This document shows positions 61,026 to 64,000 of a DNA stretch of 64,000 bases, one piece after another (positions within the stretch are counted from its first letter, which is position 1; every line of letters begins with the position of its first letter). A program made the position numbers and the translations under genes. Origin of the DNA: Epiperipatus broadwayi (lineage: Eukaryota; Animalia; Onychophora); the NCBI GenBank assembly GCA_028023455.1, contig JAQFVV010000006.1, positions 17,112,001 to 17,176,000 on the forward strand. Direction: 5' to 3'. The notes beneath the pieces were generated by a model. The model saw nothing but the letters and a program-made list of their open reading frames with translations. It did no database searches and was not told where the DNA came from.

Positions 61026-64000
61026 ATTTTGATTTACATTACAAAATGGTACTTTATAAATCACTTCATTATTTTTAGCAAGCATCTTTTCACATTATAT
61101 TAATAGTTTTTTTTCTTTCTCAAAGTAACCTTTATTAATAAAAGATTACAAAAGACTTTGGGTACACTTACCCATTGAGGATTACACAGTGATTCAATGT
61201 AACAAGGTAAAGTGACTATCAAAGATAAAATAGCATCAAAGTGATAAAATGACTAAAGCCATGTTTAAAACAAAACCCTTTTAAAAACTCAGCTAATCTT
61301 GCAATCAACTAAGCTTTGTGTGCGTGTGTATTAAATTATTACTTCGAAGAAACTTATAAGCAGTAGTCAAATTATATCTATTAATAAAAGTTAACATTTA
61401 TAAATAATTTGCAATATATACATAATGGTTTTTAATAGTCAGGATTTGATTAACGATTCTAAATAAGAGTATGATAATATTTTAACTTTTAACTTTATTT
61501 AATGATAAGTAATAAACGCAGAACTTATTTTTTATGTAGGTTGATACCGAATTATCACATAGAAATGAAGATGAATGAAATGTTTAAAAACTTCCTGAAT
61601 ATTTACTGATTTCCTCTTCAGCTTAGAAGCGGTTCTCCATTTATATTAACTCGTAAACCACAACATACATAAGTCATTCCTGGCAGCTATATAAAGTGCA
61701 CAAAATTAAAAAAAAAAAAAAGTTAACATAGAGTGTAGGACTTTTTAAATTTTATTTATTAAGATATATTTTCTTTTTGTGATCGGTTAATTAAACAATA
61801 GTAATATCTGTCTTACAATTCCAGAAGCCATCAGTGCGAAGTCAGGCCTCTGTAATTGGGTTCTTGGCTAATCTTGTATTCTTCTTCACTTGATATTCAT
61901 AGACAATGACTAAAAAATTGTAATAGTCTAAAGCTTTGAACTCGTCTAGTACAACTTGATAATTATGTTGGTTTGCAACTACATATTTTAGAGACTTCGG
62001 CTACCTCTGATCTTTTGACCAATTAAAAGAATTCTCTTCTGGAGCTGAAGAAAAGCAAGACTAATTTTAACTGAATCGTAGTTGGTTAAGTTATTACTAA
62101 CATTTATAACTTAAGTAACCATTATAATTCTTTTCTTCCATCTTCATTTTTATCCCCTCATTCATCGTTAATTATTTACGATTGGCTTTTTTTAACAATT
62201 ATAAATCTATTATAACTAGAATTTTGTCTTTATTTTCTAACTTTTATTCTTTATCTTTGGGTGTGCGTGTATGTTGGAATGGCACATTTGTGTACTTACA
62301 TGTGATTGTTAATTAAAGGAAATAATAATCATCATTACTTTATCTCTAAGAAATTGAATAATGACAAGAAAGTGAAGTAGTTAGAGATCCATCGATGGAG
62401 ACAGGGTGCAGGTGTTAAGACAGCTCATTCTTCTGACTGATAAAACAAATTTATAACCAGCCAGTTTGTTATATGTTGATTAATAAATAATAACATTAAA
62501 ATTTCAATAATTAAACCAACTCATTATTTGTTTTTAAATAACTTGTTTATTGCTAATAAGGAATGTATTTATTACTTGTTAAATTCCTATCAATAATTAT
62601 GAATACTTTTCATTCTTTTCTAAGTTTATATGAGTTTTTATTGTGAAAAATAAGAGGGGATCAGGAACATTTTATTTATGTAAATGAATAAAGGTTTATT
62701 TATTTCTTTATTAGTTAAATATATGTCTTAATATATTTCTTTAATAAATTACTATTGTTTTGATTGAAAGACAATGACTATCGAAGGAATTAAATTTACT
62801 GCTATAGTAGTTAAATTAGCTCAAGATAATAAACTCTTCCAGATCTATTGTTTAGCTTAAGTGTGAAAATTAAAAGCCAAAGGACGTTTTGGAATGTAGA
62901 TTAAAAGATTAAATATCTTTTACATATCTCTTTGCGAGGTACAATCTCGCCAGCAGACTCTAATAGAGAACATAGGAAAGAAATTAATGACTAAGTTTGT
63001 CAACTGTTGAGTATCTGCTAATCTTTACTTTATTTTGTTTCTAATCAGTATTAAATGATTAGCTATAGGCCAGCTATTAGAAAAATAAATCCTATGCTTT
63101 CTTTTTTAAGTTTCATTCTGTCGTGAATATGGTAAACAACAAATATATTAACTCCATCCATAAGGGTTCTTTTGGAACATAAAGCTGAAATTCAAATCTA
63201 AAATATTAATTATTATCACCAAACGTTTCATTTTTCCAACAGTTGCCCTCTTGTGAAGCCTGAATAAAGGGGCGCAAACAACAGGCTAACTTTATTCACA
63301 TTATGTTTGTATCACAAGAGTGCGCTGCTGGAGAAAAAAAGCAACGTTTGATATTTTATATTTAAGTATATATTTTAAAAACACCATTAAACATTTGATT
63401 TATGATTGTTTTAACTCTTTACTTTTTTTTCTTGGCAAAGAATTGAAATACAAATTACCTGGCGGATTTACAAATTTTTGTAATTTGTCAGTAGAAATAA
63501 TAAACGCTCTCATCCTATTGATACTTTATGAATGAAATATAAAAAGTGCTATATAGATAAGAGATTAAATAGTGCTTAAATATTCCAACAGTCTTTAATA
63601 AAACAGTGGAGAAGAAATTACTAGGCTTGTCGCTGTTGAGTGATGAGATTTGAAGAATATCATAACGACTAACTAATTGCCTTATTTATTCTATTAGATT
63701 GTTAGTTGGGTTGGCTATGAACTAGCTATAAATAAATATTAGTTAAAGACTGATTGAAACTATTCTGTCAGATTGAACCCAGGTTGTGAGTATAGAAGAC
63801 AGGTACATTATTTCTATCCATAAGACCCAGTTCGTTTGGAACGTAAACCCAGCAGAATAAGAACTGTGATATACATTTATAGTCAAAATAAAAGTCATAG
63901 ATCATTTCATAGATCACATGACCCTATCTCTTAAGCTTGTAAGTTGTAAAGGAATTGGCAATCCTCACTGTTTATATACATTTATATATTTCAAAATTAT

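Noticed and set aside
231-63535. Remaining 60-120 aa ORFs in the supplied track
   Set aside because: Low-complexity F/I/L/K/Y-rich products expected by chance in very AT-rich DNA, or antisense frames of TE relics.

Overview
This is AT-rich, CpG-depleted animal genomic DNA. It is probably from an invertebrate (an arthropod would fit), but the taxon cannot be fixed from the sequence. I found no prokaryotic genes, rRNA or CRISPR array. The window is mostly intron/intergenic-like sequence filled with transposon relics: a full-length hAT fossil, hAT, piggyBac, pogo and Tc2 non-autonomous elements with TIRs and TSDs, mariner and piggyBac transposase fossils, RTE and BovB-like LINE pieces, and a short tRNA-Gly-derived SINE (3 copies). 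A few candidate host exons lie at 17-25 kb, product unidentified. The standout is a dense set of Penelope-like (PLE) retroelements and their mostly non-coding, fold-back derivatives: four sequence families carrying 13 hammerhead-ribozyme (HHR)-type motifs plus one tentative antisense motif. Highlights are a near-perfect 600-bp palindrome with an HHR on each strand, a terminal repeat with a tRNA-like Pol III promoter just upstream of the HHR, a 456-bp HHR-bearing monomer seen as a ~1.1-mer, an HHR fold with an apparent compensatory A3-U8 core, and a 368-codon RT+GIY-YIG ORF nested three layers deep. All calls were made by eye; no database searches or folding programs were run.
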